Source: Candidatus Dormiibacterota bacterium
GTDB taxonomy: Bacteria > Chloroflexota > Dormibacteria > DASZGP01
Direction: 5' to 3'
Length of the DNA: 64,000 bases
NCBI GenBank assembly: GCA_036824145.1
Contig: DAITAT010000001.1
Span: 42,427 to 106,426 of the forward strand
The notes under the pieces are model-generated. The model had not been told where the DNA came from, searched no databases, and was given only the letters and a program-made list of their open reading frames with translations. Positions 47,729-58,589 of this stretch are shown here, piece after piece (the stretch's first letter is position 1; each line of letters starts with the position of its first letter). Both the position numbers and the translations under genes were made by a program.

Positions 47729-48248
47729 GCGCTCCCGGGCCGGGCTGATCCTGGTGGCCGCCCTGGTGGGGCTGGCCGGCTGCTCGCTCCAGCAGCCACT
47801 GCAGCAGGCCAACCAGAGCCAGGCCACTGTCGGCAAGCCGGCGCCCGACTTCAGCGGGACCGACCTTGATGGCAAGCCGGTCAAGCTGTCCGACTACCGC
47901 GGCCACCCGTTGGTGCTGAATTTCTGGGCCTCGTGGTGTGGACCATGCCGCGCCGAGCAGCCGGGGATCACCAGCGCGCTCGCCCACTACGCCCCGCAAG
48001 GGCTGCAGGTCCTCGGGATCACGGTTCGCGATAACCTGGAGGCGGCGAAGATCTTCCGCGACGAGTTCAAGATGCCCTACCGCAGCCTCTTCGACCAGGC
48101 CGCCCGTCTCGCTTACGCCTACCAGGTCGACGCTCCGCCGAGCTCGATCTTCGTCGACGCCAATGGCATCGTCCAGTTCAAGATCACCGGGGCGCTGAGC
48201 GAGGCCGGGTTAAAGCAGCTGATCAGCGATAAGCTTCACCTCACATGA
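47610..48248 (+). CDS. resA: Thiol:disulfide oxidoreductase, TlpA/ResA-like (thioredoxin fold, WCGPC), probable lipoprotein; start uncertain (ATG 47610 overlaps ccsA; alternative GTG 47754)
   Basis: LNFWASWCGPCRAE active site; lipobox LAGC. Confidence 0.75.
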   Translation: MAVCGATGPPRSRASGSCRSWPPSITSTSGSSASTPTPGKRSRAGLILVAALVGLAGCSLQQPLQQANQSQATVGKPAPDFSGTDLDGKPVKLSDYRGHPLVLNFWASWCGPCRAEQPGITSALAHYAPQGLQVLGITVRDNLEAAKIFRDEFKMPYRSLFDQAARLAYAYQVDAPPSSIFVDANGIVQFKITGALSEAGLKQLISDKLHLT

Positions 48249-48258
48249 GCGGCTCCCG

Positions 48259-48537
48259 ATGCTGACGGCGTTCATGCTGATCACTTGCGAGCGCAGCGCG
48301 CTGGCGGAGGTTGGCCCCGGCCTGGCCGAGATCGAGGGCGTGACCGAGGTCTACACCACCACCGGCGGCATCGACTACATCGCCATCGTGCGGGTGAAGG
48401 ACATGGAAGCTCTGGCTGAGCTCGTCACCACCCGGCTCCGAGCCGTTCCCGGCATCGCCCGCACCGATACCCACGTGGCGATGCGCGCCTACAGCGCCAC
48501 CGACATGGCCGCCGCCTTCCAGATCGGCGTCGACTGA
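48259..48537 (+). CDS. Stand-alone Lrp/AsnC C-terminal (RAM/AsnC_trans_reg) domain protein, 92 aa
   Basis: beta-alpha-beta-beta-alpha-beta ligand-binding domain pattern ...YIAIVRVKDMEALAELV... Confidence 0.6.
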   Translation: MLTAFMLITCERSALAEVGPGLAEIEGVTEVYTTTGGIDYIAIVRVKDMEALAELVTTRLRAVPGIARTDTHVAMRAYSATDMAAAFQIGVD

Positions 48538-48543
48538 TCTAGC

Positions 48544-48552
48544 TGTTAGAAT
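48544..48552 (+). promoter_or_regulatory. Extended -10 promoter element TGTTAGAAT plus CGCCGG discriminator upstream of bS22-like gene
   Basis: 14-mer identical to the one upstream of rplU. Confidence 0.4.
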
Positions 48553-48614
48553 CGCCGGCGCGCCGTCAGAGGCTGACGCGCGCCCGATCGGTGTTTAGTT
48601 AGGAGACGTCCCAC

Positions 48615-48710
48615 TTGGGTTCAGTCATCAAGAAGCGGCGCAAGAAGATGCGCAAGCACAAGCACAAGAAGATGCTGAAGAAGACCAAGTGGGCACGCCG
48701 CGCGAAATAA
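48615..48710 (+). CDS. Ribosomal protein bS22-like (AURKAIP1-like) tiny basic protein, 31 aa
   Basis: TTG start 8 nt after AGGAGAC RBS; MGSVIKKRRKKMRKHKHKKMLKKTKWARRAK closely matches my recollection of mycobacterial bS22; not in supplied ORF track (too short). Confidence 0.65.
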   Translation: MGSVIKKRRKKMRKHKHKKMLKKTKWARRAK

Positions 48711-48783
48711 CCCGCGCCGCCATTAAGTTAGTGGTCAAATGACACCGTCGTCAGTGTCGGCCCCTTGGCCATGGAGGACCTAG

Positions 48784-49956
48784 ATGTCTGAAGCCCTGAT
48801 CGTTGAAGCTGTCCGGACTCCCGTCGGGAAGCGGAATGGCGTCCTAAGCAAGGTCCGTCCCGACGACCTGCTTGCCATCGCGGTGCGCGAGGTCGTGGAG
48901 CGCGCCAAGGTCGATCCCGCGATGGTCGAGGACGTGATCGCCGGCTGCGTCACCCAGGTCGGTGAGCAGTCGATGAACGTGGCCCGCGAGGCTGCCCTGA
49001 TCGCAGGCCTGCCCAAGGAGGTCCCCGGTACCACGGTTGAGCGCTACTGTGGCTCCGGCCAGCAGGCCGTCAACTTTGCCGCTCAGGCGGTCAAGTCGGG
49101 AGCGATGGACATCGTCATCGGATCCGGCGTGGAGTCGATGAGCCGTCTGCCGATGGGCTCCGACGCGCTCGCCAGTCCCGATCCCTTCGGTGACAGCGTC
49201 GGTCCGATCAGCCCCAAGCTTGCGGACCTCTACGAGATCATCCCCCAGGGTCTGTCGGCCAACCGCCTGGCCCTGAAATATGGAATCGACCGCGAGGCGC
49301 AGGACCGTTTCTCGCTGCACAGCCACGAGAAGGCGATTGCCGCCGTCGATGAGGGGCGCTTCAAGAGCGAGATCGTCGCCGTCGAGGCAAAGGACAACGG
49401 CAACTCCGCCGTCATCGACACCGACGAGGGTCCCCGCCGGGGCAGCACCTACGAGAAGATCGCCTCCCTGCAGCCCGCGTTCGAGCCCGAGGGGATGATC
49501 ACCGCTGGCAACTCAAGCCAGATCTCTGATGGCGCCGCCGCCGTCCTGGTCATGAGCGAAGCCAAGGTCAAGGAGCTGGGCCTCACGCCGCGCGCCCGCA
49601 TCGTCGCCACCGCAGCCGTGGGCACCGACCCGACGATCATGCTTGAGGGCCCGATCCCGGCAACCGCCAAGGTGCTTCAGAAGGCCGGCATGAAGCTGGA
49701 CGACATCGACCTGTTTGAGGTCAACGAGGCCTTTGCGACGGTGGTGCTGGCCTGGCTCAAGGAGACCGGCGCCGATCCCGAGAAGCTCAACTACAACGGC
49801 GGAGCGATCGCCCTCGGGCACCCCCTGGGTTGCAGCGGCGCCAAGCTGATCACAACCTGCCTCAACGAGCTCGAGCGCCAGAACGCACGTTTCGGCCTGA
49901 TCACCATGTGCATTGGCCACGGCATGGGTACTGGCACCATCATTGAGCGCCTCTAG
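48784..49956 (+). CDS. Acetyl-CoA C-acetyltransferase (thiolase)
   Basis: Thiolase N- and C-terminal signatures incl. catalytic Cys context YCGSGQQ and C-terminal CIGHGMG. Confidence 0.9.
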   Translation: MSEALIVEAVRTPVGKRNGVLSKVRPDDLLAIAVREVVERAKVDPAMVEDVIAGCVTQVGEQSMNVAREAALIAGLPKEVPGTTVERYCGSGQQAVNFAAQAVKSGAMDIVIGSGVESMSRLPMGSDALASPDPFGDSVGPISPKLADLYEIIPQGLSANRLALKYGIDREAQDRFSLHSHEKAIAAVDEGRFKSEIVAVEAKDNGNSAVIDTDEGPRRGSTYEKIASLQPAFEPEGMITAGNSSQISDGAAAVLVMSEAKVKELGLTPRARIVATAAVGTDPTIMLEGPIPATAKVLQKAGMKLDDIDLFEVNEAFATVVLAWLKETGADPEKLNYNGGAIALGHPLGCSGAKLITTCLNELERQNARFGLITMCIGHGMGTGTIIERL

Positions 49957-49973
49957 ACCCTGGAAAAGGAAAA

Positions 49974-49995
49974 GGCCCGAGCCGACGCTCGGGCC
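49974..49995. terminator. Bidirectional intrinsic terminator hairpin (9-bp stem GGCCCGAGC/GCTCGGGCC, loop CGAC) flanked by A-rich run (U-tract for the minus-strand flp gene)
   Basis: Perfect inverted repeat between convergent thiolase and flp genes. Confidence 0.55.
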
Positions 49996-50023
49996 CCGTC
50001 CTGATAAGGGCTCTGGTTCTCGG

Positions 50024-50221
50024 TTAGGCTCCGCCGACACCTATGGTGATGTTGGTCCACATGTTGGCGACCTGGTTGCCCAAGACGATGAGCATCACAA
50101 TTACCACCAGGGCAATCAACACCAGAATGAAGGCGTACTCCACCATCCCCTGCCCGGACTCTTCGTCCTTCGGGCCTGGCAGCCAACCGAGAACCTTCGA
50201 TTGGAATGAAACCAAATTCAT
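50024..50221 (-). CDS. flp: Flp/Fap-family type IVb prepilin (Flp pilus subunit), about 66 aa
   Basis: Leader ending G then MVEYAFILVLIALVV (G/xxxxEY processing motif plus hydrophobic helix); lower-GC locus; no tad genes adjacent. Confidence 0.6.
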   Translation of the reverse strand: MNLVSFQSKVLGWLPGPKDEESGQGMVEYAFILVLIALVVIVMLIVLGNQVANMWTNITIGVGGA

Positions 50222-50282
50222 ACCGGCATGATAGTGCCAGTTCTGCCAAATCGAGCACAAATGGCGTGACGAGCGAATAACG

Positions 50283-51422
50283 ATGTCGTATTTCACCGTC
50301 GAACACGAAGAATTGCGGCAGTCGATCCGCAAATTTGTTGAAACAGAACTGGCACCCCACGCCGAGGAATGGGAGGCTGAGGCCTACTTCGCCGACTGGG
50401 TCTTCCCACGGATGGGCGAGCTCGGTTACCTCGGGCTCCACTACCCGGTTGAATACGGCGGCCAGGGCGGCGACTACTTCGCCTCCGTGGTGCTCTCCGA
50501 GGAGATGGCTCGCAGCCGCTGCGGCGGACTGGGGATGGCGGTAGGGGTGCAGACCGACATGGCGACCCCGCCGGTCCTGAAGTTCGGGACCGAAGAGCAG
50601 AAGCAGAACTACCTGGTGCCGGCAATCAAGGGCGAGAAGGTAGCCTGCCTGGGCATCACCGAGCCCAACGCCGGGTCGGACGTCCAGAACGTGCAGACCT
50701 GGGCCAAGCGCGACGGCGACGACTGGATCATCAACGGCAGCAAGATCTTCATCACCAACGGCATCCGGGCCGACTTCATCACCCTGGTCGTCCGCACCGA
50801 CAGGGGCCGCGGTTTCGATGGCGTGACCCTCTTCTTGGTCGACTGCAACACCCCCGGCTTCATCCGCAGCCGCAAGCTGGAGAAGGTGGGGATGCTGGCC
50901 TCGGACACCGCCGAGCTGGCGTTCGAAGACATGCGGGTGCCCGGGAACGCGGTCCTCGGCGAGGTCGGCCAGGGGTTCTACAACATCATGTGGGAGCTGC
51001 AGGGCGAGCGAATGATCGGCGCGGCCGGGGCGATCGCCGGAGCCCAGCTCACTTTCGACGCCACCCTGGAGTACGCCAAGCAGCGCGAGGCTTTCGGCAA
51101 GCCGATCGGGCATCAGCAGGTCATCAAGCACATGCTCGTCGACATGGCGACCAAGATCGAGCTCGCCCGCGAGTACAACTACTCGATCGCGAAACGCTTC
51201 GGGGAGGGCGAGTACCCGGTCAAGGAGATCTCGATGGCCAAGCTGGTCTCGGGCCAGGTCGCCCACGAGATCGCCGACACCGCGATGCAGATCTGGGGCG
51301 GGGCCGGCTACATGGCCGACAACCCCGTCCAGCGCGCCTGGCGAGACACCCGCCTGATCCGCATCGGCGCCGGTACCGACGAGATCATGAAAGAGGTGAT
51401 CGGCAAGAGCTTCGGGCTCTAG
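50283..51422 (+). CDS. Acyl-CoA dehydrogenase
   Basis: ACAD N-terminal, middle and C-terminal domains; catalytic Glu region near C-terminus; 379 aa. Confidence 0.9.
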   Translation: MSYFTVEHEELRQSIRKFVETELAPHAEEWEAEAYFADWVFPRMGELGYLGLHYPVEYGGQGGDYFASVVLSEEMARSRCGGLGMAVGVQTDMATPPVLKFGTEEQKQNYLVPAIKGEKVACLGITEPNAGSDVQNVQTWAKRDGDDWIINGSKIFITNGIRADFITLVVRTDRGRGFDGVTLFLVDCNTPGFIRSRKLEKVGMLASDTAELAFEDMRVPGNAVLGEVGQGFYNIMWELQGERMIGAAGAIAGAQLTFDATLEYAKQREAFGKPIGHQQVIKHMLVDMATKIELAREYNYSIAKRFGEGEYPVKEISMAKLVSGQVAHEIADTAMQIWGGAGYMADNPVQRAWRDTRLIRIGAGTDEIMKEVIGKSFGL

Positions 51423-51438
51423 CCGACCGGGCTCCGCG

Positions 51439-51972
51439 CTAGGAGGGCGAGGCCTCCCGGAGCATGTCCATCAGGAGCCCGTCGTGCCAGGTGCCGTCGG
51501 GGCCGCGCTCGTACTGGCGCATCACGCCAACCGGCTTGAAGCCGATCTTCCCGTAGGTCGCGATCGCGGCAACGTTGTCCGCCGCAGGGTCGATGGTGAG
51601 GCGGTGATGGCCCCGGTCCTCGAACAGGTATCTTGCCATCGTGCGTAAGGCGTCCGTCCCCACCCCGCGACCGTGGTACTGCGGCGCTAAGGCGATGTCC
51701 ATGCCCGCGGACCGATACATCGGCTCGGTTTCCTCGTGGTACTGGAGCATCCCCGCTACCTCACCTTCTACCTCGATGACGACCACTCCGATGTCTTCCG
51801 CGTCGATCTCCTGTTCCAGGTCGCCCGGCTGAGGATCGCCCCACCACCGTGTGACCTCTGGCGCTTGGAGGATCGCCAACAGCTGGGGCACGTCGTTTTG
51901 GATCGCCGGGCGCAACGTAACAGCTTCGCCGCGGAGGACGGGGAGGCTGGGATCGCTCGTGTCGCTGGTCAA
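51439..51972 (-). CDS. GNAT family N-acetyltransferase (RimJ/RimL-like)
   Basis: Acetyl-CoA binding motif QYHGRGVGTDAL. Confidence 0.8.
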   Translation of the reverse strand: MTSDTSDPSLPVLRGEAVTLRPAIQNDVPQLLAILQAPEVTRWWGDPQPGDLEQEIDAEDIGVVVIEVEGEVAGMLQYHEETEPMYRSAGMDIALAPQYHGRGVGTDALRTMARYLFEDRGHHRLTIDPAADNVAAIATYGKIGFKPVGVMRQYERGPDGTWHDGLLMDMLREASPS

Positions 51973-51990
51973 CCTGGCAGTCCGAGAGGC

Positions 51991-52488
51991 CTAGAAGACT
52001 TCCTTCAGCTTCTGGAGCGTCTCTTCTACAGCCTCGCCGATGGTCTTCCGGCCCGCCAGCACCGGCAAGAAATTGGTGTCGCCGAGCCAGCGAGGGACCA
52101 CGTGCTGGTGGACGTGGTCGGTGATGCCGGCGCCAGCGGCCCGGCCGATGTTGTAGCCGATGTTGAAGCCTTCGGGGTGCACCGTCTGATCCAGCGCCGT
52201 CATCGACCGCTGGGTCAGGTCCATGACCTCGGCCGAGACTTCGGCGTCGAGGTCGCTGAGGTGGGGCAGGTGCTTGATGGGAGCGACCATGACGTGGCCG
52301 TTGCTGTACGGGTAGAGGTTCATGATCACGAACGCAAGGTCGCCCCGGTGGAGGATCAGCCGGTCATTTTCCAGCGCCTCGCATAGGGGGCAGCCGTTGG
52401 GGCGGGCTCCCTTGAGGTACTCCATCCGCCACGGCGCCCAGAGCGGCTGAGAGGCCTCCGGCGTTGGGCCGCGCTCGTCGTCAGCCAT
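51991..52488 (-). CDS. HIT (histidine triad) family protein, Ap4A phosphorylase/GalT-like branch
   Basis: HVHQHVVPRW histidine triad variant. Confidence 0.75.
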   Translation of the reverse strand: MADDERGPTPEASQPLWAPWRMEYLKGARPNGCPLCEALENDRLILHRGDLAFVIMNLYPYSNGHVMVAPIKHLPHLSDLDAEVSAEVMDLTQRSMTALDQTVHPEGFNIGYNIGRAAGAGITDHVHQHVVPRWLGDTNFLPVLAGRKTIGEAVEETLQKLKEVF

Positions 52489-52969
52489 GCTGCAGCTCCT
52501 TCAGGTAGCGGTACTCGACGCTGTTGCTGAGGTCATGCAATTCCCGGGTGGCGCCGTTTCGGACGTACCCCAGACGCTCGTAGAGTCGGTGGGCCGGTTC
52601 GAAGCGGGTGTCGCTCCACAACTCGATGGCCGTTTCGCCGCGTTCGATTGAATCGGTCTCGACCAGGTCGACCAGCCGGCTGCCGAGCCCTTTTCGTCGC
52701 GCCGATCGGGCGACGTACAGCTTCTGCAGCAGCACCGTGCCCGGGGCGGGCGCGGGGGAAAAGCCGACACTGGCGATCAGCCTGCCATCCTCCTCGACGA
52801 CCCAGAAGCGACCGCCCTTGGCGGCATATGCGGTCGCGATCGCCAGCAGGTCGGGCGCCTCGCCGTGGACGTCAAGGACGCAACCAGGGTACTCAGACCA
52901 ACAGCCGGCGACCAGGCCGACCAGGTCCCAGGCGTCGCCATCCCTCGCCTCGCGGATGCCAATTCCCAT
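52481..52969 (-). CDS. GNAT family N-acetyltransferase
   Basis: RRKGLGSRLV acetyl-CoA binding motif. Confidence 0.8.
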   Translation of the reverse strand: MGIGIREARDGDAWDLVGLVAGCWSEYPGCVLDVHGEAPDLLAIATAYAAKGGRFWVVEEDGRLIASVGFSPAPAPGTVLLQKLYVARSARRKGLGSRLVDLVETDSIERGETAIELWSDTRFEPAHRLYERLGYVRNGATRELHDLSNSVEYRYLKELQHG

Positions 52970-52993
52970 GCAGCCGAGGTTAGCGGATGAGTG

Positions 52994-53066
<73 letters not shown>

Positions 53067-53078
53067 GTGCAGGCGCCG

Positions 53079-53084
53079 ATTCTA
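53079..53084 (-). promoter_or_regulatory. TAGAAT -10 hexamer plus CGGCGCC discriminator 12 nt upstream of tRNA-Ala(GGC) (minus strand)
   Basis: Minus-strand sequence caattgaTAGAATcggcgcctgcac precedes tRNA 5' end. Confidence 0.3.
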
Positions 53085-53119
53085 TCAATTGACCCCGTTC
53101 GCAGACGCTAAAGTACAGG

Positions 53120-55603
<2,484 letters not shown>

Positions 55604-55642
55604 TATTGTCGTAGCATAGGTCAACGGAGTCCGGGGGATGGG

Positions 55643-56239
55643 ATGGGACAGGGAATGCGGATGGCGGCCGCCTGGCGGGCGGTCATGGTGGGGGGCGCGG
55701 TGCTGGGCTTGTTGGGCGCCGGATTCATGCTCTGGCGGGTCGGGGCGACGCCGTCACCGGCGGAGACGGTGGCCGCCGATGCGATGGGGGCTCGGACCGG
55801 GCGCCAGGCCGTTGCCGGCACCGCCAGCAGCACGCGCATGGTGTTGGTCCATGTCAGCGGTGCGGTTGCAAGCCCGGGGCTGTACCGGCTTGCCTCCGGG
55901 CTCCGGGTGGGTGACGCCATCGCCGCTGCGGGCGGCCTCCTCCCCGATGCCGATCCGGACCGCCTGCCCAACCTCGCCGGTCGGTTGACCGATGGCAGGC
56001 AGGTCAAGGTGGCGCGCCTCAAGGCGGGGTCGAACCGTGCCGCCCCCAAGGTCGACATCAACTCCGCGGACCTGGCCCAGCTCGAGGCGGTCCCCGGCAT
56101 CGACCCGGCCCTGGCGCAGGCGATCCTCGACTACCGAGAGAATTACGGGCCCTTCGCCAGCGTCACCGAGCTGAGAACCGCTCTGGGGCTGGACGCGGCA
56201 ACTCTCAGCGCGATTCGGAAGTACCTCACCGCGCTTTAG
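55643..56239 (+). CDS. comEA: Competence protein ComEA (membrane-anchored tandem helix-hairpin-helix DNA-binding protein)
   Basis: N-terminal TM, C-terminal HhH motifs LEAVPGIDPALAQAIL. Confidence 0.8.
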   Translation: MGQGMRMAAAWRAVMVGGAVLGLLGAGFMLWRVGATPSPAETVAADAMGARTGRQAVAGTASSTRMVLVHVSGAVASPGLYRLASGLRVGDAIAAAGGLLPDADPDRLPNLAGRLTDGRQVKVARLKAGSNRAAPKVDINSADLAQLEAVPGIDPALAQAILDYRENYGPFASVTELRTALGLDAATLSAIRKYLTAL

Positions 56240-56251
56240 AACCGCGCTGGG

Positions 56252-58573
56252 GTGAACGGGGCGGCCGGATTGCTTGCTACGGCGGCACTGGTCGCATGGG
56301 TCGCGGGGATCGCCGTGAGCTACGCCGGGCCCACGCTCGATCCCATCGCTGGGATTTACTGGCCGGGCCCGGCCGCATGGCTGGCGCTGGCCTTCGTTGC
56401 CGCCGCGGTGGCGGCTCTGCTGGTGGCGTTTGGGAGTTGGCGCTGGGCGCGGCTCGCCATGCTGGTAGCCCTGATGTGCCTCGGCCTGGCTCGCGGAGCG
56501 GCCGCGGTGCACCACGCCGGGCCGGGCACGGTCGACGGCTATCTCGGGGCCAGCGTCCGCCTCGACGGCACCGTCGAATCTGTGTCCGTGCCGATCTCTG
56601 GCGCCGGCGGTTCGACCGCCAGCCAGCAGCAGACCTTCCGGCTCTCTGCCGAGCACGTCAGGTCCGGTGCGGCGGTGCACGCTGTCGGTGGGCTGGTGCT
56701 GGTCCAGGCTCACAGCCAGGCGCAGGTCTGGCCGGGCCAGCGGATCAGCCTCGCCGGCCGGCTCAGCCGCCTCCGGCGCCTCGGTCCCGGTGGCATCGCC
56801 GGCTACGGCGATCGCCTCGAGCGTCAAGGGATCGAGGCCGAGATGACGGCCACCGGGTTGTTGGCGCTGACGCCACCGCCACGACTGAGCCTCGCGCGCG
56901 TCGTCGACGCCACCCGGCGTGGGCTGGTGCAGTCGTGCCGGGACCTTCTGCCCGAGCCCGAGGCCACCGTCGTCCTGGGAGAGGTTGCTGGAATCCGTGG
57001 CCACCTGCCGGCGGCGCTTGACGCCGACCTCGTCGACAGCGGACTGGTTCACCTGCTGGCCATCAGCGGGATCAAGGTGGCGATCATTGCCGGGCTGCTC
57101 CAGCTTCTGACGGTGGCCATCGCCGGGAGGCGAGCTGCGATCGTGGCCGTTGCAGGTGTGGGTCTGTACACCCTCGTCGGAGGGGCGTCGGCGTCGGCGT
57201 TGCGGTCGGCGTTGATGGGCTCGCTGGGGTTGCTCGGGCGCACCCTTCGCCGGGAGACCGAGGTGCTTCGGTCGCTCACGCTCGCCGCCGGCATGATGCT
57301 GGCCTGGCGACCGAGCCTGGTTCTGGACCTCAGTTTCCAGTACTCGTTTCTCGGCGTGCTCGGGATTCATCTGTTCGCGGAGCGCTTTGGCCGTAGGTTG
57401 GGCCGTGTGCCGCGACTATTGCGCGAGGCGCTCGCCGTCACCGCAGCGGCGCAGCTGGCCACCCTGCCGCTGACGGCACATTACTTCCTGGTCATCCCAT
57501 TGTTGGCGCCGCCGGCCAACGCCCTGGTGCTGCCGACCCTGCCGGCGTCGATCACCGCCGGCCTGCTGCTGGGGTTGGCCGGTGCGGCGGCCCGAGCGAT
57601 GGCGCCCAGCGTCCCGCTGGCCGCGACCCTGGCCACCGCGCTCGAGGTGCCGCTGGCCGCGCTCCTGATCTGGCTGGCCCGATTTGCGATCGTGGTCAGC
57701 CGTGCCGCCGCCCATGTGCCCGGCGGGGTCGTCCGAGTCGCCAGCTTTGGAGCCCCGGCGACGGCCGCCTACTACGCGGGGGTGGGTGCTTTTGTCGCCG
57801 GCTGGAGTCGCTGGCGCCTTCCCCTGGCAGTGGCGGTGGCGGGGCTGGCGGGGACCGCCGTTCTGCTCGCCATGGGCCGGCCCGATGGCAGGCTCCACAT
57901 GAGTTTCCTCGTCGCCGGCGCCGGGCCGGCGGTTTTGGTGGTGGCTCCCGATGGGGCCACCATGCTCATCGACGGCGGCTCCCAGGCTGCCGCGCTGAGC
58001 CCGGAGCTCGACGCCACCCTGCCCGTTGGACTGCCAATGCCAGGCTGGCGGAGGATCGACAGCGTCGTCCTCACCGGCGGCTCGCGCCCGGAGGCGGGCG
58101 GATTGAGCGCCCTCGACCGATATCGGGTCGGCACCGTGTTCGCGCCTGCCGACATGACCACGGCAGCGGCGGTCCAGTGGCTTGGCGTCGAGGCGCGCCG
58201 CGGCGCCACCGTGACCGGGGTGCGCCCCGGTGACGGCTGGAGCTGGCATGGGCTGAGCGTTTCGGTGGCGGCCTCCAAGGCGGAATCCATCGCTATTTCG
58301 GTCGGCTATGGCGCCGAGCGGATCGCGGTCGTCGAGGCGGGGGCCGGAGTCCCCGCGGCGGCGCCTCCCGGTGAGTACGCCGTCCTTGATGTCGGCGACG
58401 GCGCCTCCGGGCCCGCGCTTGATGGCGTCGACACGCGGCTGTTGGTGACCCAGGACACCGCCGCCAAGCCGATCGCGCGCGGCCTTCGTGTGGGCTTCAG
58501 CCAGGAGCTCTGGCAGACCTCCCGCGACGGCCGCTTGGAGATTACGTGCGACGCGCGGCGCTGCGCCTGGTAA
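56252..58573 (+). CDS. comEC: DNA internalisation competence protein ComEC/Rec2 with C-terminal metallo-beta-lactamase domain
   Basis: Competence domain LVHLLAISGIKVAII; polytopic; 773 aa. Confidence 0.85.
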   Translation: MNGAAGLLATAALVAWVAGIAVSYAGPTLDPIAGIYWPGPAAWLALAFVAAAVAALLVAFGSWRWARLAMLVALMCLGLARGAAAVHHAGPGTVDGYLGASVRLDGTVESVSVPISGAGGSTASQQQTFRLSAEHVRSGAAVHAVGGLVLVQAHSQAQVWPGQRISLAGRLSRLRRLGPGGIAGYGDRLERQGIEAEMTATGLLALTPPPRLSLARVVDATRRGLVQSCRDLLPEPEATVVLGEVAGIRGHLPAALDADLVDSGLVHLLAISGIKVAIIAGLLQLLTVAIAGRRAAIVAVAGVGLYTLVGGASASALRSALMGSLGLLGRTLRRETEVLRSLTLAAGMMLAWRPSLVLDLSFQYSFLGVLGIHLFAERFGRRLGRVPRLLREALAVTAAAQLATLPLTAHYFLVIPLLAPPANALVLPTLPASITAGLLLGLAGAAARAMAPSVPLAATLATALEVPLAALLIWLARFAIVVSRAAAHVPGGVVRVASFGAPATAAYYAGVGAFVAGWSRWRLPLAVAVAGLAGTAVLLAMGRPDGRLHMSFLVAGAGPAVLVVAPDGATMLIDGGSQAAALSPELDATLPVGLPMPGWRRIDSVVLTGGSRPEAGGLSALDRYRVGTVFAPADMTTAAAVQWLGVEARRGATVTGVRPGDGWSWHGLSVSVAASKAESIAISVGYGAERIAVVEAGAGVPAAAPPGEYAVLDVGDGASGPALDGVDTRLLVTQDTAAKPIARGLRVGFSQELWQTSRDGRLEITCDARRCAW

Positions 58574-58589
58574 TCCCTACACTTCGTCC

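Noticed and set aside
53086-53115. Possible leuS promoter TTGACC (53089) / TAAAGT (53109)
   Set aside because: Spacer only 14 nt; not convincing without TSS data.
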